Shown here: piece by piece, positions 9,435-17,967 of the stretch
How the letters are laid out: every line of letters starts with the position of its first letter
Numbering within the stretch: the first letter of the stretch is position 1
Assembly (NCBI GenBank): GCA_048881705.1
Contig: JBHLSH010000016.1
Location: 1 to 42,892, forward strand
Length of the DNA: 42,892 bases
Source of the DNA: Candidatus Heimdallarchaeota archaeon
GTDB taxonomy: Archaea > Asgardarchaeota > Heimdallarchaeia > Hodarchaeales > Hodarchaeaceae
Reading direction: 5' to 3'
Program-made: the position numbers and the translations under genes
Notes under the pieces: model-generated
What the model was told of the DNA's origin: nothing
Database searches by the model: none
The model's input: only the letters and a program-made list of their open reading frames with translations

Positions 9435-10775
9435 GTGAACAAGATGAAACATGTATTAGTTTTAGGAGCAGGAATGGTAGCTGGCCCACATATTCGCTAC
9501 CTTTTAGACCATGGATTACACGTTACAGTTGCGAGTCGAACCTTGGCAAAAGCGGAAGCTCTTGTAGGTGATCATCCCAATGGGGTTGCTAAAAAGTTTG
9601 ACATCACGAGGGATGCCGATAAATTAGAACCCCTAGTTCAGGAATGCGATCTCGCTGTATCTCTTTTGCCTTATATTTATCATGTACAGGTAGCAAAGGT
9701 TTGTCTCAAATATAAGAAACATATGGTAACCACCTCATATGTATCGCCAGAGATGAAAGCATTAGACTCTGAAGCCCGTACTGCAGGGGTGATATTTTTG
9801 AATGAGATCGGAGTCGATCCAGGTATCGATCATATGAGTGCTCAACAAATTATTGACCGGGTTCACGATCAAGGGGGGAAAATTCTCTCATTCAAATCCT
9901 ATTGTGGTGGTCTGCCCGCTCCAGAGGCCAATACGAATCCCTGGGGTTACAAGTTGAGCTGGAGCCCTCGGGGGGTAATTCTTGCAGGACGTAACGCTGC
10001 AAAATACTTAGAAGGGGGCAAGACAGTTGACGTGGCAGGCGAGGATCTATTTGATCAGAATTTCTCTTATCCAGTAGAGGGCCTGCAAGGGGAGTACGAG
10101 GCATATCCTAATCGAGATTCAACACCTTATATCGATATTTACAAAATTCCTGAAGCCCAAACCATTTTTCGTGGCACCATTAGGAATGCGGGTTGGTCAC
10201 GTGCGTTGAAAAAGGTGGCCGAAATTGGGTATATGGAGATAGAAGAGAACAAATACCCAGATGGGTTTACCTATGCTGATTTGACTGCAAAATTATTGGG
10301 TGTCAAAGATCCTTCAAGTGTGAAACAAGAGTTCATCAAACATTTCGATCTAGACCCAGAGGACGATATTGTAAAACGGTTCGACTGGATGGGACTTTTC
10401 AGCAACATACCTATACCCGAATCCAAAATATCTCCCTTGGATGCTCTTTGTGCCCAATGGGAAAGACATCTTCAATATGAAGAAAAAGAACGAGACATGC
10501 TACTCTTAATTCATGAGTTCGAGTATGAATTGCCTTCTGGTAGAGAAAGATTAACTGCCAGCATGGTGGACTTCGGGCATCAGGATAAAGGAGGTAACAG
10601 CTCGATGAGCCGTACTGTTGGCTACCCCGCTTCTATCGCTGTCCGTCTGATTTTAGAGGGAAAAATCACCGAAACGGGGGTTCACATACCAGTTAAGCGA
10701 AGTATCTATGAACCTGTTCTCAAAGAGCTTCGTGATATGAACATTGGATTTAACGAGAAAAAAGAAAACCTCTGA
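9435..10775 (+). CDS. Saccharopine dehydrogenase (glutamate-forming; AASS SDH domain/Lys9-like)
   Basis: VLVLGAGMV Rossmann motif, SLLPY, TTSYVS, NEIGVDPGIDHM, SYCGGLPAPE..NPWGYKLSWSPRG, RGTIR and MSRTVGYP. Confidence 0.93.
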   Translation: MNKMKHVLVLGAGMVAGPHIRYLLDHGLHVTVASRTLAKAEALVGDHPNGVAKKFDITRDADKLEPLVQECDLAVSLLPYIYHVQVAKVCLKYKKHMVTTSYVSPEMKALDSEARTAGVIFLNEIGVDPGIDHMSAQQIIDRVHDQGGKILSFKSYCGGLPAPEANTNPWGYKLSWSPRGVILAGRNAAKYLEGGKTVDVAGEDLFDQNFSYPVEGLQGEYEAYPNRDSTPYIDIYKIPEAQTIFRGTIRNAGWSRALKKVAEIGYMEIEENKYPDGFTYADLTAKLLGVKDPSSVKQEFIKHFDLDPEDDIVKRFDWMGLFSNIPIPESKISPLDALCAQWERHLQYEEKERDMLLLIHEFEYELPSGRERLTASMVDFGHQDKGGNSSMSRTVGYPASIAVRLILEGKITETGVHIPVKRSIYEPVLKELRDMNIGFNEKKENL

Positions 10776-10800
10776 AATCATATGATATCGCAATTTAAGG

Positions 10801-11619
10801 TCATTTCAAATCACAGTAGGTGGCGAAGACTTCTCCAACGTGCATAAAGCCAAGCTTATTGTACATGGAAACAGCAGGCAGGTTTCTCCTCTCTACCCAG
10901 ATAAAGATTTTTTTAACGTTATAGCGAAAAAAAAGTTCATTACAAAGGGTTTTAACCGTCATCTCTGCGTATCCTTGCCTACGTTCCAGGATCTGAGTTT
11001 CTATCCCACGTAAAAGAGCGAATGAGTAGTCGGAACCATGGATGGAACGTTGTAGGATGTGCGGTGCGGCTGCAAAGCTCACGATTTTGTTTTCCTTCCA
11101 CATTCCGAAATTAATCCCACCTCGGAGATGTCGATACCTTTTAGGGAGAGAATGATCTGGGAGCTGTATAATATCAGGGTTGTCTCGGACTGGGAAGTTA
11201 AATGTCTTTCGAGTCAAAAGAAGTATATTATAAGTGTTAAAACTGTCTATCGGCTCATTCGCTTCTAAGCTTCGGAAATTTGTAAAAAACTCGACAAGAT
11301 CAGGCCAAAAATCCGATCTCTCGAAGATTAAGACGAGATTTGTCTTGAACCAAGGTAACTGATCCATAAGCGGTTTGAGATTGGTTGTGGTGCTAATAGA
11401 AAAGTGATACTTGTTCTCATATCTAAATATCCAATCAAAGGGATCTTTCAGAAAAATCAGGTCTATCAGATCTGGGGCATTAACACAATACCAGATAAGG
11501 TAATTTGAAATGTGGAGCGGATAATCTGATGGGTGTGATAACAAGAGTTCTAAGAAAAGCTGTCCCTTTTTTGAAAAACCCTTAGGAACTTTTCTTCTTC
11601 TTTTCCACATTAGCGTCAC
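10801..11619 (-). CDS. GNAT-family acetyltransferase (C-terminal FR47-like domain)
   Basis: C-terminal ERRQGYAEM (acetyl-CoA motif A) and NLPAVSMYNKLGF (motif B). Confidence 0.8.
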   Translation of the reverse strand: MTLMWKRRRKVPKGFSKKGQLFLELLLSHPSDYPLHISNYLIWYCVNAPDLIDLIFLKDPFDWIFRYENKYHFSISTTTNLKPLMDQLPWFKTNLVLIFERSDFWPDLVEFFTNFRSLEANEPIDSFNTYNILLLTRKTFNFPVRDNPDIIQLPDHSLPKRYRHLRGGINFGMWKENKIVSFAAAPHILQRSIHGSDYSFALLRGIETQILERRQGYAEMTVKTLCNELFFRYNVKKIFIWVERRNLPAVSMYNKLGFMHVGEVFATYCDLK

Positions 11620-11888
11620 CCGAAGTTAATCCTGGGATATTCCATTATCTAATAATTTCCCCTACGGTTTATCTATTCGATCGATATGATTATTCGTTCT
11701 AGAACGGGCACCCAACCCTGAATTATTTGCTAAGTATTCATCCACTAATTACCATTTATCTCCAGTACTTCATCTTTTACATCGTGCTCCACAAATCCAA
11801 ATATTGCCATTTTATGATTTGTAAACTTCCAAAATCAGTTCTCCTTACTACGACGAAGGAATTGGCAATAATTAACCATAGAATATAT

Positions 11889-11917
11889 GAATCCGATATT
11901 AATAAATATCTGGATTC
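11889..11917. promoter_or_regulatory. Imperfect inverted repeat upstream of ccmE (candidate operator)
   Basis: GAATCC-GATATT-AATA-AATATC-T-GGATTC, centred on an AT-rich TATA-like core about 60 nt before the ccmE ATG. Confidence 0.35.
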
Positions 11918-11975
11918 GTTTCATTAATTAGAAACTATATGAATTAAAAAAGTCCTGGTAACGGGAATCGATGAA

Positions 11976-12371
11976 ATGGTTAAAACAACACAATTAGTTT
12001 TCTCTGGTATTATAATTGCTATATCTGTGGGGGCAATTTCCTTACTATTGACGGAGTCATCTATACCCGTATTTACAGTAAGGGAAATAATGGAACACCC
12101 AAACTCCGAATCCTTTTTAGATCGAAAAATCCAGCTGATTGGTACTGTGGCTGATGTAAATAGAACGGGATTCTACATTTTAGACCCAGATGATCCTACA
12201 AATTTATCTCTAATGATCTACGTAAATTCGACTAATGTGGGAAAACCTAACGGGTTTGAACCGGGAAAAAATGTACTCGTTGAAGGTAAACTCATATCCA
12301 CGTCTGGTTTATGGCTATTTAGGGCCAATATGATTAGTACCAAGTGCCCCAGGGAGTATTCAAACAGTTAG
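11976..12371 (+). CDS. ccmE: Heme chaperone CcmE, CxxxY (System I*) variant
   Basis: N-terminal TM anchor, OB-fold pattern (IQLIGTV...PNGFEPGKNVLVEGKL), and C-terminal KCPREY in place of HxxxY. Confidence 0.88.
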   Translation: MVKTTQLVFSGIIIAISVGAISLLLTESSIPVFTVREIMEHPNSESFLDRKIQLIGTVADVNRTGFYILDPDDPTNLSLMIYVNSTNVGKPNGFEPGKNVLVEGKLISTSGLWLFRANMISTKCPREYSNS

Positions 12372-12455
12372 TCCGGACCATTAATAACCATCTCATCCTT
12401 CCTCAAACCGCAAACCAGTCCATATCTCTTCCAATTCAATCGAAAACGGATTAGG

Positions 12456-13136
12456 TTACTGATTGATCAGATCATCGGTGATAGCCAGGGCGAGCGTTAA
12501 GAGGAGGATCGCATGGAAGAAAAGAATTAGAATGTTGTTCATCACGAATCCAGGATCATCATATAGGACTAGACTCGAGGTGGCCTGTGTGGCAATTAAA
12601 ATGCTAGGTAGAACGATTGGAAAGAAGAGAATGGGGACAGCTAAGGTCTTTGATTTTGCGTATATTGTTAGAAAAGAGACAATACACCCTCCAATCGCAA
12701 GATCAAAGGATCCAATAACCAAAACTGCACCAAAGAGCATAGCTTGGTTTGAAAATCCTATCCGCATAAATACAATCGCTAAAGCGATTGTAATAACTTC
12801 AATTATTGCGAGAATAGCACAAAGATAGACTAATTTAGCTAGAAAGATCGCTTGGGGTTTAATAGCTAGTGAAAGAAGTGCATCGACCGTACTTTTTCGC
12901 ACTTCGCGAAGAAAGATAGATGTAACTCCCAACATGACAGAAAAAGTTATGATAAACCATAAAGAGGCCGCAGTAATCGTTTCTCGGGTCTCTTGAGAAA
13001 TATCCGCCAGATTGAACAGTGTGGAGAATATTAGTACGGAAGCAAGAGAAAATAGTCCCATGGCGAATAGGGTTTCCTTTTTCCGGAACTCTAAGGTCAG
13101 ATCCTTCTTAGCAAGAAAGAGGATGTCTGAAAGTAT
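12456..13136 (-). CDS. ccmB: Heme exporter membrane subunit CcmB
   Basis: Six hydrophobic segments, with LLSL..KPQAIFLAK and LAVPILFFPIVLP. The frame is open upstream of the ORF-track ATG (13061) and encodes the CcmB-like KKDLTLEFRKKETLF, so I extended it to a possible ATA at 13136. The start is uncertain. Confidence 0.85.
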   Translation of the reverse strand: MLSDILFLAKKDLTLEFRKKETLFAMGLFSLASVLIFSTLFNLADISQETRETITAASLWFIITFSVMLGVTSIFLREVRKSTVDALLSLAIKPQAIFLAKLVYLCAILAIIEVITIALAIVFMRIGFSNQAMLFGAVLVIGSFDLAIGGCIVSFLTIYAKSKTLAVPILFFPIVLPSILIATQATSSLVLYDDPGFVMNNILILFFHAILLLTLALAITDDLINQ

Positions 13137-13158
13137 GGTCGTTCTAGATCCCTTCTAC

Positions 13159-13857
13159 TCAAGCAGATTTCTCCAAGAAAAAACCAAATTCAGATTTTTC
13201 TAATATCTTGGATATTTTTCCTTTTTCCAGGTATATCACTCTGTCACATAGCTTGGCTACGGTTCTAAAATCGTGAGAACAAATTATGACAGTTCTGTTG
13301 GACGGTCGATTGGTTATTAGATCAATCATGATTTTTCTGTTCTCGAAATCTAGTCCGGCAAAGGGTTCATCCAATAACAATAAACGTGGGTAGGTTGGAA
13401 TAATTACTCTTAAAATTTCAAGCTTTTTTGCCATACCAGTTGAAAGCTCATGAGTTGGACGATCAATATACAATCGCAACTTGTGATCGGAAATAAGTTT
13501 ATCTATTATCGAATCTGGATTCATCCCTCTTTTGTTCATCCTCATGAAAAACTCTAGATTTTCTCTTCCGCTTAAATCCTCATAAAAGAATGGGGTGCTA
13601 AGTAAAACACCAATATCTCTCTTGAGCAAATCTTGGTTTTCCGAAACACGCTTTCCGAAGAGTGATACTTGCCCATTAGTAGGCCTCATAAGAAGAGAGA
13701 TGATTTTAAGTAGAGTGCTTTTTCCTGCTCCATTGGGACCCAAAAATCCTATCGTTTCCCCCTCAGTAATAGAAAATGTTACGTCTTTGAGGGCATTGGA
13801 AAATCCAAAGGCCTTGTAAACGTGTGATACATTTACAGATTGAGCGTCCGTGATCAA
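13159..13857 (-). CDS. ccmA: ABC ATPase CcmA
   Basis: Walker A GPNGAGKST, signature LSTGM, Walker B LLLLDEPF, H-loop SHD. Directly upstream of ccmB. Confidence 0.88.
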   Translation of the reverse strand: MITDAQSVNVSHVYKAFGFSNALKDVTFSITEGETIGFLGPNGAGKSTLLKIISLLMRPTNGQVSLFGKRVSENQDLLKRDIGVLLSTPFFYEDLSGRENLEFFMRMNKRGMNPDSIIDKLISDHKLRLYIDRPTHELSTGMAKKLEILRVIIPTYPRLLLLDEPFAGLDFENRKIMIDLITNRPSNRTVIICSHDFRTVAKLCDRVIYLEKGKISKILEKSEFGFFLEKSA

Positions 13858-13935
13858 CGTGTTTTCTCCCGATTTCGCTGGTTTTCAGGTAGTCGAAGAG
13901 TCTACGCTTAAAATTCTAGAGGAATCGAGGCCTAA

Positions 13936-14100
13936 TTAGGCTCTTTCTTCAGATTCGAAGAGTCGTAATTCTTTCTGTAACTTATTCATTCTATTGTTTA
14001 TATAGAATATGTACACTAGAATTAAAATCCAGACAGCTGTTGAAACTAAAAACAATAAACTTAATTCAGAACCTAGTAAATCATCAATTATGGTGGCCAT
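13936..14100 (-). CDS. ccmD: CcmD-like small membrane protein (54 aa; absent from the ORF track)
   Basis: Hand translation gives MATIIDDLLGSELSLLFLVSTAVWILILVYIFYINNRMNKLQKELRLFESEERA. It has one TM with W..L..Y and a charged helical tail, and lies between ccmC and ccmA on the same strand. Confidence 0.8.
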   Translation of the reverse strand: MATIIDDLLGSELSLLFLVSTAVWILILVYIFYINNRMNKLQKELRLFESEERA

Positions 14101-14126
14101 AACGGTCTCACAATCCTTTTTCTTTG

Positions 14127-14834
14127 TTACATCTGATCTAGCTTTAACATTCTTATATTTTTTAACTTAAACTCGATTTCATTGGTAATAAATGTCAAGT
14201 ATACAAGGATCAACGTGATTATCCCAGCCACCAGGAAATTTGACATTAGGATCATCCCTACTCCTTCTCCAAGGGCGGTTTGCTGCGGTTCTGGATGGAG
14301 TGGCCCGACTGTATAATTAGACAGTAGTACTGAAGGAGATACGACTATTCCAAATATTGCTGTCAATAAAGCTCTTCTCTGAGGGTTCTGTTCTTCCAGC
14401 ATCCCGCGGAATATTAGTAGAGCGATGTATGCCAACCACATTATGAGAGTTGCCGTCTGACGAGGTTCCCATTGCCAAAAGTAACCCCATTCAGCGTATG
14501 ACCATAATATACCAGTAATTAGCGTAATGGCCCCCACAACAATGCCCGTCTGAGCTGCTGCCACCAATAAAAAGTCTGAACGGAACCCTATTTGTTTTTT
14601 CCTAACGGAGGTGTTAATTATGTAATAAAGCCCGCTAAGAAGTACAATGGCAAAACAGATGTATGTTGAGAATGCAAAAGGAACCATATAAAAGATCGGA
14701 TGTCCACTGACCGTGAATCCAGATGTAAAAGGTTTTACAACGATATAAACAAGGTAATAGTTGATTACCATGAAAAGAATAAGGATACCTAATAATAATG
14801 TTTTTTCCCGATTTCCGATATTAAATGAAATCAA
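14127..14834 (-). CDS. ccmC: Heme exporter/heme handling protein CcmC (variant)
   Basis: WWD motif WSYAEWGYFWQWEPRQTATL and second His (PLHP) are present. The usual YxHVP reads FYMVP. Confidence 0.88.
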   Translation of the reverse strand: MISFNIGNREKTLLLGILILFMVINYYLVYIVVKPFTSGFTVSGHPIFYMVPFAFSTYICFAIVLLSGLYYIINTSVRKKQIGFRSDFLLVAAAQTGIVVGAITLITGILWSYAEWGYFWQWEPRQTATLIMWLAYIALLIFRGMLEEQNPQRRALLTAIFGIVVSPSVLLSNYTVGPLHPEPQQTALGEGVGMILMSNFLVAGIITLILVYLTFITNEIEFKLKNIRMLKLDQM

Positions 14835-15212
14835 TAATCGATCTCCGGACTTCTTTTGTCGATTTGTAGACAGAAAGGATTGTTACATGATATCTAAAAA
14901 GAATGATGCTATATCAGAAACGATTGTTAATGTAGTTTAAATCTAGTGGAAGAATCAATATTCTATTTGCTAAAAATCCTGTCTGAAATCTGGCAATTCC
15001 TGTTTGGTCAATATTTCGCGCATTTAAATGTTAAAGTAATTGGGATTAAGTGAGTTTTGTAACCGACATACCTCCCAGTGCTTCTCGGGAGGGTTTTACA
15101 TCTGTAACTCGGGTTTACAATAGTTTAGAATTTTTATACTTTTGTATGTTTTTTTCGAACAAAATTAAAATAGTCAGAACTGGAACAAACTTTTGTCCTT
15201 TCTAAGACGAAA

Positions 15213-15234
15213 TTTACAATGTAAATATTGTAAA
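15213..15234. promoter_or_regulatory. Palindromic candidate operator TTTACA-N10-TGTAAA
   Basis: TTTACAATGTAAATATTGTAAA has 8-bp arms (TTTACAAT/ATTGTAAA) and lies in the divergent ccmC / EB_dh intergenic region. The same core recurs at 27794-27815. Confidence 0.5.
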
Positions 15235-15295
15235 CATATCTTTCAAGTTTAGGAAAGTCTTCTAATTCAAGAATAAGAACAATGGAGAAATTAAA

Positions 15296-16444
15296 TTGCG
15301 AAATACTAACCTAACAAAGCTTTTGGCCATTGTAGCATTCTCTACGCTAGTATTCGTCGTTTTTACCCAGAACCGTGCAAACATTGAGCAGGCAAACCCT
15401 ACTCTCACATCGTATAAGGTCACGGGTACCATTACCCTAGATGGGATGGCAAATGAAGCTTTCTGGACCGACGCAGATCAGCTAGAAATACTCAACATTG
15501 GCAATACTTTCAATTTAACCGTTATGTCTGTCCATAATGCAACGCATGTATTTCTGTTCTCAACGTGGAATGACGCTACGGAATCGAGCACCCGCAACGA
15601 TTGGATGTTTAACAGTACCCAGATGTGGGAAAATCTACAACAAAACGAGGATCGAATTACCTATTTCTGGTCAAATGCCTCATTAACACCTAAATGTGGG
15701 CATTATGTCTTCAGTCCAAATGCCTCCGCTGGCTTTCAGGGCGATGTATGGCATTGGAAGGCATCTCGAACCGCTCCTGCTGGTTGGGTTGACGATAAAT
15801 ATTTCGATGGTACCGGAAGACATTCTGATGCCAAAAGCTCTGGTGGATATCTGGAAAACTCTGCAATAGTACAAATGTTCGGTGTGAACACTTCGGGAGA
15901 GATCACAAATGTCCTCGGGAACTCAACTATTGTATACGCAAACGAATCATTTACTGACAGAGATCGACCCTTCTGGGATGCCCAGGGAAGTGTAATATCA
16001 TGGACCAACGGTGTAAACGATACGGCCGTCTCTGCAAATATTCCAGGATACTTGACAACGGTTCCAGTTGGAAGCCGTGGAAACGTCCTTGCAGAAGCTG
16101 TTTATAGCTCTGGCATGTGGAGTGTCGAAGAGGTTCGCAAGCTGGATACAGGAAACTATAAGGACGATATTAAGTTCGAAGAAGGTATGACCTACAACTT
16201 TTCGGTTGCCATTCATGACAATGGTGGCGGCGGTAGTCATAAAAGGCAGTCAGGTTTTGGATTTGCTGTTTCAGCCTCTGCTCCACCAACAACAACGACC
16301 ACGACCACAACCACCACGACCACCACGACCACAACCACAACCACAACCACTACGACCACTGGTCCCACTCCTGGCTTTATAATTGCTGGAACGGTTCTCG
16401 CGATTGCCACAATGGTCATAATAGCTAGAAGAAAGAGACAATAG
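15296..16444 (+). CDS. Exported EB_dh/DOMON-like heme-binding-family glycoprotein with Thr stalk and PGF-CTERM anchor (paralog 1)
   Basis: Signal-like N-terminus, TLDGMANEAFW, VHNATHVFLFSTWND, EDRI, DVWHWKASRT, DDKY, WSVEEVRKLDTG..DDIKF..G.TYNFSVAIHD. Ends with 24 Thr, then TPGF + TM + RRKRQ. Confidence 0.8.
   Translation: MRNTNLTKLLAIVAFSTLVFVVFTQNRANIEQANPTLTSYKVTGTITLDGMANEAFWTDADQLEILNIGNTFNLTVMSVHNATHVFLFSTWNDATESSTRNDWMFNSTQMWENLQQNEDRITYFWSNASLTPKCGHYVFSPNASAGFQGDVWHWKASRTAPAGWVDDKYFDGTGRHSDAKSSGGYLENSAIVQMFGVNTSGEITNVLGNSTIVYANESFTDRDRPFWDAQGSVISWTNGVNDTAVSANIPGYLTTVPVGSRGNVLAEAVYSSGMWSVEEVRKLDTGNYKDDIKFEEGMTYNFSVAIHDNGGGGSHKRQSGFGFAVSASAPPTTTTTTTTTTTTTTTTTTTTTTTTGPTPGFIIAGTVLAIATMVIIARRKRQ
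16289..16360 (+). repeat. ACN trinucleotide tract encoding 24 consecutive threonines
   Basis: Counted directly: 24 ACN codons of mixed synonymous types between CCA CCA and GGT. Confidence 0.95.
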
Positions 16445-16449
16445 TACTG

Positions 16450-16490
16450 TTCTCTCTTCTCCTCTCTTTTTTTTTGACTCTTTTTATTCT
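16450..16490 (+). terminator. Probable archaeal oligo-T terminator
   Basis: A pyrimidine tract ending in T9 (16467-16475), plus a further T5, directly after the stop at 16444. Confidence 0.55.
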
Positions 16491-16690
16491 AATTCATCTA
16501 AAGTGAAATACAAGGGAGTATAAGGCCTTCCAGAATTATTGGATATATATCTAGGGCTTCCATCCCTAACAGCGATTGGAATATCTTATCAATTCATTGG
16601 GACGAAAACTTGATATTTGATTTGTGCATTTTGTGGGGAGTGATATCGTAACTTCCAAAATCCACTGAAGAAATAGAGGGGTACCGAAGG

Positions 16691-17920
16691 TTGAAAATAG
16701 GTAATTTGGTTAGAATTTTGGTGATTTCGGGAACGTTTTTTCTAGTTTTCTTTCTTGTTTCCCTGGAAACAGCAACCGTTACTCAAAGCAGAAACCTAAT
16801 TTCTTATTATTTTCCGAGCAAGATTCTGTTGGATGGAAAAGCGGCGGAGGATTTTTGGTATAACGCGGATAAGTTGGAAGTTCGCAAATTTGATGGCACT
16901 AACATGAACCTGACAGTCATGACCGTCCATAATTCGACTCATCTCTTTTTGTTTTCAACGTGGACTGACGTTACGGAATCTAATACTTATAACGACTGGA
17001 TATTTAACAGTACCAAAATGTGGGAGAACTTAGGAGGAAACGAGGATCGGATAACCTTTTTCTGGTCAAATGAATCCAATTTCCCGAACTGTGCACATTA
17101 TACATTCAATCCCAATCCATCGCTTGGATTTCTCGGAGACGTATGGCATTGGAGGGCGTCCAGAACAGCACCCGGGGGCTGGACTGATGACAGATTCTTT
17201 GATGGTTTAGGCCGGCATTCCGATGCTAAAACGTTTGGCGGATATAAAGAGAATTCAGTGGTAGTACAAATGTTTGGTGTGAACAGCTCTGCAGAGATCA
17301 CAAGTGTCCTTGGGAACTCAACTACTGTATCGTCAAACGAATCATTCACTGATAGAGATCGGCCATTCTGGGATATCCAAGGTAGTGTCATTGCCTGGGT
17401 AAATGGTGTCAACACTACGAATATCGGCGCATCCATACCAGGATATTTAACAACGGTTCCAGTGGGAAGCCGTGGGGACGTCCTTGCAGGAGCTGTCTAC
17501 AGCTCTGGTATGTGGAGTGTCGAAGAAGTTCGCAGGCTGGACACGGGAAGCTATAAGGACGATATTAAGTTCGAAGAAGGTTTCACGTACAATTTCTCGG
17601 TCGCCATTCATGACAATGGTGGCGGCGGTAGTCACAAAAAGGAGGCAGGTTTCGGATTTACAGTTTCAGCATCTACCCCGCCAACAACCACGACCTCGAC
17701 TACTACCACCACTACAACCAACACGACAACGACCACCACTACTACACCAACAACTACGATTACAAGTACTACTAGAACCATGGATACCAAACGGGCCACC
17801 CCTTCAGCCGATTTAACTAGCTCCACCACTTCTATTTTGCCGCTGCTATCACCTGGTTTTATTTTACCAGCTTTGACGATTAATCTCGTGATTATAGTTA
17901 TCTACGTCCGAAGGAGATAA
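16691..17920 (+). CDS. Exported EB_dh/DOMON-like heme-binding-family glycoprotein with Thr stalk and PGF-CTERM anchor (paralog 2)
   Basis: Tandem duplicate of 15296..16444 at a 1395-nt offset, with the same motifs. Ends SPGF + TM + RRR. Confidence 0.8.
   Translation: MKIGNLVRILVISGTFFLVFFLVSLETATVTQSRNLISYYFPSKILLDGKAAEDFWYNADKLEVRKFDGTNMNLTVMTVHNSTHLFLFSTWTDVTESNTYNDWIFNSTKMWENLGGNEDRITFFWSNESNFPNCAHYTFNPNPSLGFLGDVWHWRASRTAPGGWTDDRFFDGLGRHSDAKTFGGYKENSVVVQMFGVNSSAEITSVLGNSTTVSSNESFTDRDRPFWDIQGSVIAWVNGVNTTNIGASIPGYLTTVPVGSRGDVLAGAVYSSGMWSVEEVRRLDTGSYKDDIKFEEGFTYNFSVAIHDNGGGGSHKKEAGFGFTVSASTPPTTTTSTTTTTTTNTTTTTTTTPTTTITSTTRTMDTKRATPSADLTSSTTSILPLLSPGFILPALTINLVIIVIYVRRR
17684..17779 (+). repeat. 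Thr-rich low-complexity linker
   Basis: Encodes TTTTSTTTTTTTNTTTTTTTTPTTTITSTTRT. Confidence 0.9.
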
Positions 17921-17967
17921 CTAGCAGGAGTTTTTATCAAACGATAATCAATACTGCCTGAAGAGAT

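Noticed and set aside
16289-16360. ACC/ACA/ACG repeat as a CRISPR array or contingency microsatellite
   Set aside because: It is in-frame, uses mixed synonymous Thr codons and has no spacers, so it is a protein linker.
16533-16556. ATTGGATATATATCTAG, resembling Thermococcales dif half-sites as I recall them
   Set aside because: There is no 6-bp spacer between the arms and it is far from xerA. An AT-rich TATA-like palindrome explains it better.
15683-17829. Minus-strand ORFs with poly-Val runs, duplicated over both EB_dh genes
   Set aside because: Antisense shadows of the Thr tracts and conserved codons of the real plus-strand genes.
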